Position numbers and translations under genes: made by a program. Below are positions 9,640 to 17,507 of a stretch of 46,841 bases of DNA, piece by piece; the stretch's first letter is position 1, and the number at the start of each line of letters is the position of its first letter. The stretch covers positions 1 to 46,841 of the forward strand of contig JADGPT010000001.1 in assembly GCA_017882345.1 (NCBI GenBank), read 5' to 3'. Below the pieces are notes generated by a model, which saw only the letters and a list, made by a program, of their open reading frames with translations, had not been told where the DNA came from and ran no database searches. The stretch comes from Bacteroidales bacterium (lineage in GTDB: Bacteria; Bacteroidota; Bacteroidia; Bacteroidales; VadinHA17).

Positions 9640-10254
9640 CTACTTTTCAGTAGGACTGATTATATCGCTTTGAGGTTGAGTTATTTTAGTGCCCTTCTTC
9701 TGTGGATATGAACCTGGTAATATAACGTTAATAAGCTTTTTGCCCCACAAACCCAGCTGAAAACCTGCACCAAGAGATAAGATACTTAACACTATTGTAA
9801 GAATATAAAGTTTTGATTGCGGTGCAACAAAAAATAGTGCAATAGATAACGAAAGAATTATAAGGCTGAATATTATTTTGACTCTTAGTATAGGAGTCGC
9901 GAGAGTTTTAAATCGGGTCAGACCGTCAATTATTCCTGTGATAATTGCCAGGATAAGAGTAAATGGGAATACAAATACTGAAAATATTAAAACATTTTTA
10001 AGCATTTCAGGTTGAAATTGTTTAAAAAGATTCGTAATAATTACCAGAATCGGGATCGCTATAACAAACGACTGAGAAAGATGTATGGCAATTGGATGAA
10101 GATCAAAATTAAGTAATATTAATCTGTTACGGGAAACTCTTTCCCTATAAGGTTCAAAAACTTTTCTTGGCATTCCGCAAGCTGGACAAACATCTCCCAG
10201 TTTATCTGAATCCATTACAAATCCGCATGGGCGACAACGTACAAGTTCTTTCAT
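9640..10254 (-). CDS. zinc-ribbon (rubredoxin-like) domain fused to a multi-pass membrane domain (DUF2231-like)
   Basis: 204-aa ORF with N-terminal CxxC...CxxC (CRPCGFVMDSDKLGDVCPACG). This is followed by LHPIAIHLSQSF and about 4 hydrophobic helices. Confidence 0.55.
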   Translation of the reverse strand: MKELVRCRPCGFVMDSDKLGDVCPACGMPRKVFEPYRERVSRNRLILLNFDLHPIAIHLSQSFVIAIPILVIITNLFKQFQPEMLKNVLIFSVFVFPFTLILAIITGIIDGLTRFKTLATPILRVKIIFSLIILSLSIALFFVAPQSKLYILTIVLSILSLGAGFQLGLWGKKLINVILPGSYPQKKGTKITQPQSDIISPTEK

Positions 10255-10470
10255 AATAATTTAAATTGATTATCCTGCACAAATTTAAAAATTTAATTAT
10301 TCTAAAATCAACATAAATCCATTTTAGTTTTGTTACGCATGCACTTCCTACAAGGTAGAAATTTTGCTTCCTGGGGTCTGATATCTTATAGAAATTCCAT
10401 AAGGAAGCAACCAAATCTTATATATGCGGTATGTGTTGAGCGGTATATTAACCTTTACTGACAGCAGAAA

Positions 10471-11133
10471 TTATTTCTCCTTTATAAAGATTGAATTTTC
10501 TTTATAATAATTATCATCACCATATATAAAGAGACAACTCCCTCCGGATATTTTATCTATTATTTCTTTTGAAATTTCAACCGGTAAGGCAGGGCATCCC
10601 CAACTTCTACCCAACCTGCCATACTTTTTAATAAATTCCTCACTCACGTATTCAGCCCCATGAATAACTATCTCCCTGGCTCTTGCATTGTCATTTATAC
10701 CTTTTTCGAGACCATCAAGCCGAAGCGAATAGCCATGATCACCTGAATAGGTTTCTGCTGTCAGATAAAAACCCAGTGAACTCTTTAGCGATTCCGGTTG
10801 GTTCGAGAAGCTTTTTGCATAATTTTCACCTGAGTTTTTGCCATGTGCAACAAAACATTTATAAATAAGCCGTTTATTATCAAGGTCAATTACAAAAAAC
10901 CGTTTTTCGATTGATGGCCTGGAAAAATCAATTATAGTAATAATATTTTTCTTTTCACGGTTATTTACATGTAGGGACCCAAGAATAGCAGTATTAAATA
11001 ATTCAAAGGATATCATATTCTCTATTTTGCACTGAAGCCAAAGCTGATGATTATCAATATCTTCATTGACCGATATATTACACAGACTGCTTATTGCAAA
11101 AACCAAGATCAATATTTTACCTGAAACCCGCAT
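10471..11133 (-). CDS. murein L,D-transpeptidase catalytic-domain (YkuD-like) family protein
   Basis: 220-aa ORF with a signal peptide. The active-site region reads IHGAEYV...GRLGRSWGCPALP (His ... Ser-x-Gly-Cys). Confidence 0.7.
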   Translation of the reverse strand: MRVSGKILILVFAISSLCNISVNEDIDNHQLWLQCKIENMISFELFNTAILGSLHVNNREKKNIITIIDFSRPSIEKRFFVIDLDNKRLIYKCFVAHGKNSGENYAKSFSNQPESLKSSLGFYLTAETYSGDHGYSLRLDGLEKGINDNARAREIVIHGAEYVSEEFIKKYGRLGRSWGCPALPVEISKEIIDKISGGSCLFIYGDDNYYKENSIFIKEK

Positions 11134-11443
11134 TAAAATTGTTTATGTTTATGAGGTAATAGGTCACCTCCTGCAAAACTTGCACCGGCTGAAAAACACA
11201 TATTATTTTCCTTTCTCTTTGTAAGTAATTAAAATTCATTGCATTGAAAATCCAAAAACAAAAGTATTCTGTATAATGATACAACAATTATTTGAATTAA
11301 ACTTTGTTTCAGTTTACTTAAGGTATTATCACGAATGTTTACAGGGCAGGGTGAAATGGATGTTCTTTTAAGTACAAAAAAAAGTTGGTATAGGTTTTGT
11401 TATTACTTTAAAGTACTAACTTGTCCTTCTAATATTTTATTTT

Positions 11444-12745
11444 ATGAAAAAATTTATAATCATCTGTATTCTGGCGGCTTTGTTTGCCGCTGGTACTACA
11501 CTCATGGCACAGGATAAACAGGAGGATTACCTGGGTCTGCCAGGGGATAATCTTAATCTTTACGCTGTAATGAAGCTGTTCCAGCAATCAAAAACGCTTG
11601 AAGAGTTCGAAAGAATCCTTAACGATGAAAAATCCAATATCAATAATCTCGACCTTAATGGAGATAACATGGTGGATTACATTAAAGTATTTGATGATGT
11701 GGACGGCGACGTTCATAATATTGTTTTGCAGGTTGCCGTAAGCCCGAAGGAAAACCAGGACGTTGCTGTTTTTACAGTACAACGTTTTAACAATGGACAG
11801 GTGCAGCTCCAGCTTACCGGTGACGAAGAATTATATGGTAAGAATTATATTATTGAACCTATATTTGATAATGAAAACAACGGTGAGACACCTAATCCCG
11901 GATATTCGGGGAATACACGGTCTGTTAACGGACAGAATATAACTTATATAAGAACCACACCGGCCGAAATTGCCGACTGGCCTCTGGTAAGATTTATGTA
12001 CCTTCCCTCCTATACAACCTGGCAATCTTCATGGTACTGGGGCTATTACCCAACATACTGGCATCCCTGGCGTCCGGCTTACTATCATTACTATTACGGG
12101 TATCATTATAACTGGAATAATGATTATTTCGGGCATTATCGCCGTTGGGACTCTCACCGATATACAAGATGGAATGACTTTTATTACAGTGGAAGACGTT
12201 CCTTTTCACCCGATGTTAATCGCAGAATAGAGGTCGGTACATATAAAGCAACATATTCACATCCCGACCAAAGAAAAGATGGAGAAAATAAGTTCGCTAA
12301 AATGCATCCTGATGAATACAGACGATCCTCAGATAATTCATCAGGGAATAACTCTGTAAGAAGATCCGATCAACAATCGAAAAATGTCGGACAATCTAAC
12401 GGGAAAAGGGCCAGCACTACACGAAGATCAACAACCACAATGACAAATAGATCCGCAACTGATCCATCCGTTGGTAAGAATGCGGGGGCCACCAGGAGAT
12501 CATCTGGCGCTGCTACAAACAAGTCAGTGGTAAATCGTCCACCGGAAAAACCCAATGTAACCACCCGAAGGTCATCCACAACAGTGACAGACAAGTCAGT
12601 GATAAATCGGCCACCGAAAAAAAACAATGTTACTAACCGAAGGACTGTCAAAAAAAACAAATCAGAAACAAAAATTAAAAAAGACAACAACCGAAAGAGT
12701 CTGAGAACAAAGACGCTACCAGCAGAAAATAACAGTTATAGGTAA
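11444..12745 (+). CDS. secreted protein of unknown function with an aromatic-rich block and a basic Ser/Thr/Arg/Asn-rich repeat tail
   Basis: 433-aa ORF with a signal peptide (ILAALFAAGTTLMAQ) and a Trp/Tyr/His-rich block SSWYWGYYPTYWHPWRPAYYHYYYGYHYNWNNDYFGHYRRW. The C-terminal repeats follow, then a strong terminator. Confidence 0.6.
   Translation: MKKFIIICILAALFAAGTTLMAQDKQEDYLGLPGDNLNLYAVMKLFQQSKTLEEFERILNDEKSNINNLDLNGDNMVDYIKVFDDVDGDVHNIVLQVAVSPKENQDVAVFTVQRFNNGQVQLQLTGDEELYGKNYIIEPIFDNENNGETPNPGYSGNTRSVNGQNITYIRTTPAEIADWPLVRFMYLPSYTTWQSSWYWGYYPTYWHPWRPAYYHYYYGYHYNWNNDYFGHYRRWDSHRYTRWNDFYYSGRRSFSPDVNRRIEVGTYKATYSHPDQRKDGENKFAKMHPDEYRRSSDNSSGNNSVRRSDQQSKNVGQSNGKRASTTRRSTTTMTNRSATDPSVGKNAGATRRSSGAATNKSVVNRPPEKPNVTTRRSSTTVTDKSVINRPPKKNNVTNRRTVKKNKSETKIKKDNNRKSLRTKTLPAENNSYR
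12413..12643 (+). repeat. in-frame tandem repeat of about 72 nt (3 diverging copies) inside CDS 11444..12745
   Basis: Copies ATRRSSGAATNKSVVNRPPEKPNV (12488..12559) and TTRRSSTTVTDKSVINRPPKKNNV (12560..12631). They are preceded by the diverged STTRRSTTTMTNRSATDPSVGKNAG and followed by a partial TNRR. Confidence 0.6.
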
Positions 12746-12758
12746 TTTATAATTTATA

Positions 12759-12793
12759 GCGAATTCCTGCGAAATCAGGAATTCGCTTTTTTT
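12759..12793 (+). terminator. intrinsic terminator
   Basis: Perfect 11-bp stem GCGAATTCCTG / CAGGAATTCGC with loop cgaaat, followed by T7. Lies 14 nt after the stop at 12745. Confidence 0.85.
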
Positions 12794-12859
12794 ATGTTTC
12801 ACTTTTGTTAACCTTTTGTGAAATCACCTTCCCCTTTTCTCCCAATCTTACCTCATCTG

Positions 12860-12876
12860 TTTCTCATTTTGAGAAA
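12860..12876 (+). promoter_or_regulatory. palindrome TTTCTCA-TTT-TGAGAAA, candidate enhancer (UAS) site
   Basis: Perfect 7-nt arms with a 3-nt spacer, and a TTTCTCC half-site at 12836..12842. The same TTCTCA-N3-TGAGAA core recurs at 17342..17356. Confidence 0.35.
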
Positions 12877-12973
12877 TATTTTCTTTGTCAGGCTTCAAAT
12901 AATTTAAAGATTAATAACATAATTAATTAATATCTAATTAGATACAAATTAATGTTACCTTATTGAAATAATC

Positions 12974-12999
12974 TGGCACATTTTTAGAATAGTATCAAC
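12974..12999 (+). promoter_or_regulatory. candidate sigma-54-type promoter (-24 TGGCAC; atypical -12)
   Basis: TGGCAC-ATTTT-TAGAA-TAGTATCAAC, about 20 nt before ATG 13020. It is GG-N10-GA rather than the consensus GG-N10-GC. 20 of 26 positions are shared with 17444..17470. Confidence 0.3.
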
Positions 13000-13019
13000 G
13001 GAACCAAGACGAAAGTAGT

Positions 13020-13439
13020 ATGAAACAAACAGTCAATGTACTTGTGGTTGGAGATAATGAATATTATAATAGTCTCATTTTCAATGCTTTACAACAAAGC
13101 ATTCATTTTGTAGAACATAAAATGAAGTACAAATTGGTTCTACATTCATTTATAGATTCCTATAATTGCATTCGAAAAATTGAATCCCGTGAATTTATTG
13201 ATAACGACGTTATTGCTTTTGTTGATTACAATATGGATAATGGGATCAGTGGTGCAGAGATCATACGGTTGCTGAAAAAAGAAAACAACAATACCCTTGC
13301 AGTCCTGCTCTTACAATCACGTACTATAGAAGAAAGAAGCACTCAGAATAATTACGATTTTTTTGTAATAAAGGATACTTTCGCTCCTGCACTCTGCAGA
13401 TTATATCTTGATCAATATATTGAAAATAAATTTTTATAG
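13020..13439 (+). CDS. standalone divergent response-regulator receiver (REC) domain protein
   Basis: 139-aa ORF with a REC-like pattern: VLVVGDNEYYNSL, a putative phospho-Asp in AFVDYNMDNGISG, LLLQS, and Lys in FFVIKD. No output domain. Confidence 0.6.
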   Translation: MKQTVNVLVVGDNEYYNSLIFNALQQSIHFVEHKMKYKLVLHSFIDSYNCIRKIESREFIDNDVIAFVDYNMDNGISGAEIIRLLKKENNNTLAVLLLQSRTIEERSTQNNYDFFVIKDTFAPALCRLYLDQYIENKFL

Positions 13440-13441
13440 CT

Positions 13442-15868
13442 TTGGGTATTACTTATCCTTCCACAATACCCGTGAAGAAAATTTCAGTTCAGATAAAGAT
13501 TGGATTATTAATGATACTGGCAGTTGTCCTTCTCTCAGCAACCGGTTATCTATCCTATCGCAATCTTTCTTCAATAGTTACTTCAATTCAGTTGGACTTA
13601 AAACCTGACCTTCGGATATTAAGCATCAGGGAAATTTCAATGGATCTGGAAAAGGCACAGAACAGTATCCGCATTTATACCAGTACCCATAATACACTGG
13701 ATCTTAAACTTTATTACTCTATCATCTCTAACATTGATGATAAGGTTAGCAGATTGCGTTCAGAATGTCTGACTGATTCTTTGGTTCTCCAACAGACTGA
13801 TACAATCAGTAAGCTCATTGAAAAAAACATAGTTATCTGGAACCAGATTTTGTATCTCTATAATAACCACACTGTTGTTGAAGATCTTAAACAATTATCT
13901 GACCGGTTGGATAGTAGTTCATTGGAAGCAAGTAAAACTGAAAAGAATATACTCAAACGTGTTTTCAGTAGCACTAATAAAAACAGGTTGAATGAAAAGG
14001 AAATTATCAGCAATCTTAAAGAGATCGAGCAGCAAGACAGCATAACAAAGGAAAGATTGATGATGAGGGAGTCAACGTTAGCTGTCACCAGCTCTGAAAT
14101 CAAAGAACAGTTTTATGACCTGATTACCAAAATTGAAAATGAAATTTCCGGAATTATTAATGCAAAAGCTTTAGCAGCCAATAAATTAGCAGCAAGAACC
14201 TATATCTGGCTGGCTATGTTTTCTGTGTCGGGCACTCTCCTGGCAATTTTAGTTATGCTTATAATTGTCCGATATGTAAGAAAGACCCATGTTTATCAGA
14301 TTGCCCTTCAAACTTCTAAAGATGAAGCCGAAAAACTGGCACGGACAAAAGAACTCTTTATGGCTAATATGAGTCATGAGATCCGTACACCTGTAACAGC
14401 TATTTCAGGATTTACAGAACAGCTTTTGCATGAACCATTAGATGAAAATATAAACCGTACGCTGAAGATTATCAAATCCTCCTCCGATCATCTCGCGAAA
14501 ATAATCAACGACATTCTCGATTTTGCCAAATTGCAGAATGGCAGACTATCACTGGAAAAAGTACATTTCACTATAGCACAAATTCTCGAAGATGTATTTG
14601 CGCTGTTTGAAAGAAACGCCCTCAGGAATAACACCAGCTTAACCTATTCAATAAGTCCGGAGACCCCTTATGTTTTGCTGGGAGATCCTTACCGTCTAAA
14701 ACAAATAATGATTAATCTGGTTAGTAATTCAGTCAAATTCACTAAAAACGGGATGGTAAATTTAAGTGTGGATTGTATCAAAAAGGAATCCTCAGAAATT
14801 GAACTGGTCATAGAGGTAACTGATACAGGTATTGGTATTGAAGAGAGTAAAATAGACTTTATTTTTGAAGATTTCACCCAGGAAGAGATGAGCACTACCC
14901 GCAAATATGGCGGTACAGGATTAGGTTTATCGATAGTCAAAAAGCTTATAGAATTGCAGAGCGGTACTATTGTTTGCGTAAGCAGAAAGAATCATGGAAC
15001 CACGATTACCTGTAATATTCCCTACCAGACTGGTGATGAAAAACTGGTCAGAAAAGAGGTTATTCCTCCCTTGTATATTCCTGAAGAAATCAGAAATCTG
15101 AAAATACTGATTGTAGATGATGAAGAATACAACCGTCTGCTTTTCAAAACGATACTGGACAGGTGGAAAGTCAGTAATCATGAGGTTGCAAATGGAATGG
15201 AAGCATTGGAAATATTGAAATCAGATCGGTTTGATCTATTGTTTATGGATGCCAGAATGCCAGGTATTGACGGATTAAAAGCTACCCGGTTTATCAGGGA
15301 TGAGATGAATATTACGGAATCAGAAATGCCGGTGATCTGTATCTCGGCTGCCTCCGTAAAAGAAGACTGGCAAAAATACCGGCAGGCCGGGATGAATGCA
15401 GTGCTTCCAAAACCATTTACTGAAGAGACATTACTGACAACAATTCTTTCTGTGATTAAAGATTATGAACCGGTTACAAATGTTGAACCAATTAGTGAAG
15501 AAAAAATCAAATCTACTTCTCCGGATAAAATTAATTTAGATAATCTTTATCACATTTCAGGGGGTGATGAAAAGTTTGTAAAGCAGATGCTGGTCTCTTT
15601 TATCGATTCAACAAAAAAAGGTCTGGACGAAATGCAGGAGGCCGTAAAATCTGGTCGGGTGGACTCCGTTGCGGATCTGGCACATAAAATGTTACCTCCA
15701 TGTAAGCATATCGGCGCATCGGATCTTTGCAATCTCCTTAGAAAGATTGAAGAAAATATTAAAAAAAAGGTTGAACCACAGGCTCTTGAGAAACTGTTGG
15801 AAGAAACTATTCTGGAATTTGAAGTCGTTAGCGGACTTATTAAAGATCAAATCACAAAAATCAGTTAA
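13442..15868 (+). CDS. hybrid sensor histidine kinase (2 TM - HisKA - HATPase_c - REC - HPt)
   Basis: H-box MSHEIRTP, G-box GGTGLGLSIVKKL, receiver ILIVDDEEYNRLL...LLFMDARMPGIDG...VLPKP, and an HPt-like AHKMLPPCKHIGA. No ATG precedes TM1; the start is either TTG 13442 (ORF track) or GTG 13472. Confidence 0.85.
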   Translation: MGITYPSTIPVKKISVQIKIGLLMILAVVLLSATGYLSYRNLSSIVTSIQLDLKPDLRILSIREISMDLEKAQNSIRIYTSTHNTLDLKLYYSIISNIDDKVSRLRSECLTDSLVLQQTDTISKLIEKNIVIWNQILYLYNNHTVVEDLKQLSDRLDSSSLEASKTEKNILKRVFSSTNKNRLNEKEIISNLKEIEQQDSITKERLMMRESTLAVTSSEIKEQFYDLITKIENEISGIINAKALAANKLAARTYIWLAMFSVSGTLLAILVMLIIVRYVRKTHVYQIALQTSKDEAEKLARTKELFMANMSHEIRTPVTAISGFTEQLLHEPLDENINRTLKIIKSSSDHLAKIINDILDFAKLQNGRLSLEKVHFTIAQILEDVFALFERNALRNNTSLTYSISPETPYVLLGDPYRLKQIMINLVSNSVKFTKNGMVNLSVDCIKKESSEIELVIEVTDTGIGIEESKIDFIFEDFTQEEMSTTRKYGGTGLGLSIVKKLIELQSGTIVCVSRKNHGTTITCNIPYQTGDEKLVRKEVIPPLYIPEEIRNLKILIVDDEEYNRLLFKTILDRWKVSNHEVANGMEALEILKSDRFDLLFMDARMPGIDGLKATRFIRDEMNITESEMPVICISAASVKEDWQKYRQAGMNAVLPKPFTEETLLTTILSVIKDYEPVTNVEPISEEKIKSTSPDKINLDNLYHISGGDEKFVKQMLVSFIDSTKKGLDEMQEAVKSGRVDSVADLAHKMLPPCKHIGASDLCNLLRKIEENIKKKVEPQALEKLLEETILEFEVVSGLIKDQITKIS

Positions 15869-15944
15869 AACTATGGCAAATACGGCCATTTTTACTTTAC
15901 TTTGCAAGTACTGGAATAAACAATAAACCAGAATTCGTCAAGAT

Positions 15945-17294
15945 ATGTCTGAAAAGCCTTTTAAAATATTTGTTGTAGAAGACAGCGAATGGTATAACAG
16001 GCTTTTAGTCCACACTCTTTCTCTAAATCCTGACTTTGAGATAAAGAGTTTTTTTAATGGGAAAGATTTTCTGAATAGTCTTTTTGAATTACCTGATATT
16101 GTAACCCTCGATTACAGGCTTCCGGATTATACAGGGCTTGAGGTGCTGAAAAGAATCAGAGAAGAGAACAGCGATGTGCAGGTTATACTGATTTCCGAAC
16201 AGGAAGATATTGATACGGTAGTCAGCCTGCTAAAAATGGGAGCTTATGACTATATAAGCAAGTCAGACGATATTAAGGACCGGCTCACAAACACAGTCAA
16301 GAATATCCGGAACGGTATCGGACTTAAGAGAGAGATATCGACGCTGCGCAAAGAAGTTCAAAAGAAATACAGTTTTCGTGAAAGCATACTGGGCGAAAGT
16401 CCCGCTATAATGAGTGTCTACGACCTTATTGACAAAACTCTTAGTACAAACATTACAGTTATTATTTCAGGCGAAACAGGAACAGGAAAAGAACTCGTTG
16501 CAAAGGCTATTCATTACAATTCAAAGCGAAAAGACAAATCATTCGTTACAGTTAATATTGCGGCTATCCCATCCGAATTGATTGAGAGCGAATTGTTCGG
16601 TCATGAAAAAGGTGCCTTTACAGGCGCTTCCTACAGACGAATAGGCCGTTTTGAAGAAGCAGACGGAGGTACCCTCTTTCTTGACGAAATAGGAGAAATG
16701 GAACTGAATTTACAGGCAAAGTTATTACGTGTTCTGCAGGAAAAAGAGATTGTCAGGATAGGCAGTAACAAGCCCGTGAAGACCGACTGCCGAATTGTCG
16801 TAGCAACAAATAAAAATCTGAAAGAGGAAGTAAAGAGAGGAAACTTCAGGGAAGATCTGTTTTACAGGCTTTTAGGATTACCCATCGAGTTACCTCCATT
16901 ACGCGACAGAGCAAATGATATATTGATTCTGGCCCGGAATTTTATTGGAAAATTCTGCGAAGAAAATAATATCATGTTAAAAAAACTGTCAGTAGAATCA
17001 CAAAAAAAACTGATGAGTTATCCGTTTCCTGGAAACGTACGCGAATTAAAATCGGTTATTGAACTCGCGGTAACCATATCGGAGAATGATGTTATTGAAC
17101 CAACTGATCTTGTGATTGACAGAGGTGATCCGCTGTCTGATGTTTCCAATGACAATCTGACCCTGAGGGAATACCAGGTGAAAATAATTAAAGCCACTCT
17201 CAAAAAAAATAATGACGATATCAAACTTGCTGCTGAAAAGCTCGATATTGGAATTTCTACCATTTACCGCATATTAAAGGAAGAGAAGGAGTAA
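15945..17294 (+). CDS. sigma-54-dependent Fis-family transcriptional activator (NtrC-type: REC - AAA+ - HTH)
   Basis: Receiver FVVEDSEWYNRLL...TLDYRLPDYTG, Walker A GETGTGKE, sigma-54 contact motif ESELFGHEKGAFTGA, and C-terminal HTH AAEKLDIGISTIYRILK. Confidence 0.9.
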   Translation: MSEKPFKIFVVEDSEWYNRLLVHTLSLNPDFEIKSFFNGKDFLNSLFELPDIVTLDYRLPDYTGLEVLKRIREENSDVQVILISEQEDIDTVVSLLKMGAYDYISKSDDIKDRLTNTVKNIRNGIGLKREISTLRKEVQKKYSFRESILGESPAIMSVYDLIDKTLSTNITVIISGETGTGKELVAKAIHYNSKRKDKSFVTVNIAAIPSELIESELFGHEKGAFTGASYRRIGRFEEADGGTLFLDEIGEMELNLQAKLLRVLQEKEIVRIGSNKPVKTDCRIVVATNKNLKEEVKRGNFREDLFYRLLGLPIELPPLRDRANDILILARNFIGKFCEENNIMLKKLSVESQKKLMSYPFPGNVRELKSVIELAVTISENDVIEPTDLVIDRGDPLSDVSNDNLTLREYQVKIIKATLKKNNDDIKLAAEKLDIGISTIYRILKEEKE

Positions 17295-17341
17295 TGAATA
17301 ACTCCTGCTTAATGAATACTCTCTATCCATTATCTTTTTTC

Positions 17342-17377
17342 TTCTCAATATGAGAATTGATTTCTCAAAATGAACTA
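17342..17377 (+). promoter_or_regulatory. palindrome TTCTCA-ATA-TGAGAA plus a degenerate second copy, candidate enhancer (UAS) sites
   Basis: TTCTCAATATGAGAA at 17342..17356 and TTTCTCA-AAA-TGAACTA at 17361..17377, with centres 20 nt apart. Starts 48 nt after the activator stop. Confidence 0.35.
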
Positions 17378-17443
17378 TTTATAATTCTAAGTGCTCGTAG
17401 TCAACGTACTCATTTTAAATACGTTAATGTCATTAATAATTTA

Positions 17444-17470
17444 AGGCATAGTGTTTGAAGTAGTATAAAC
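17444..17470 (+). promoter_or_regulatory. candidate sigma-54-type promoter (atypical)
   Basis: AGGCAT-AGTGT-TTGAA-G-TAGTATAAAC with GG-N10-GA spacing, about 37 nt before ATG 17508. About 96 nt downstream of the palindrome centre. Confidence 0.3.
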
Positions 17471-17493
17471 TATAACAAAAAAGTAAATTAAAC

Positions 17494-17500
17494 AAGGAGG
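17494..17500 (+). promoter_or_regulatory. canonical Shine-Dalgarno AAGGAGG
   Basis: AAGGAGG lies 7 nt before ATG 17508. None of the other start codons I inspected in this window has a comparable purine-rich SD. Confidence 0.5.
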
Positions 17501-17507
17501 AATTAAA

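Noticed and set aside
11376-11400. TGGTAT-AGGTT-TTGT as a further sigma-54 promoter upstream of 11444
   Set aside because: Both the -24 and -12 cores deviate (GGTAT, TTGT). There is no upstream TTCTCA-N3-TGAGAA palindrome and no similarity to the downstream TAGTATMAAC block.
12370-12690. 106-aa minus-strand ORF over the repeat tail of 11444..12745
   Set aside because: It is the antisense reading of the in-frame tandem repeats. The sense frame is continuous with a signal-peptide protein and ends at a strong terminator.
17287-17306. Hairpin AGGAGT/ACTCCT overlapping the activator stop codon as a terminator
   Set aside because: It has only 6 bp, no U-tract and overlaps coding sequence. This is insufficient for a terminator call.
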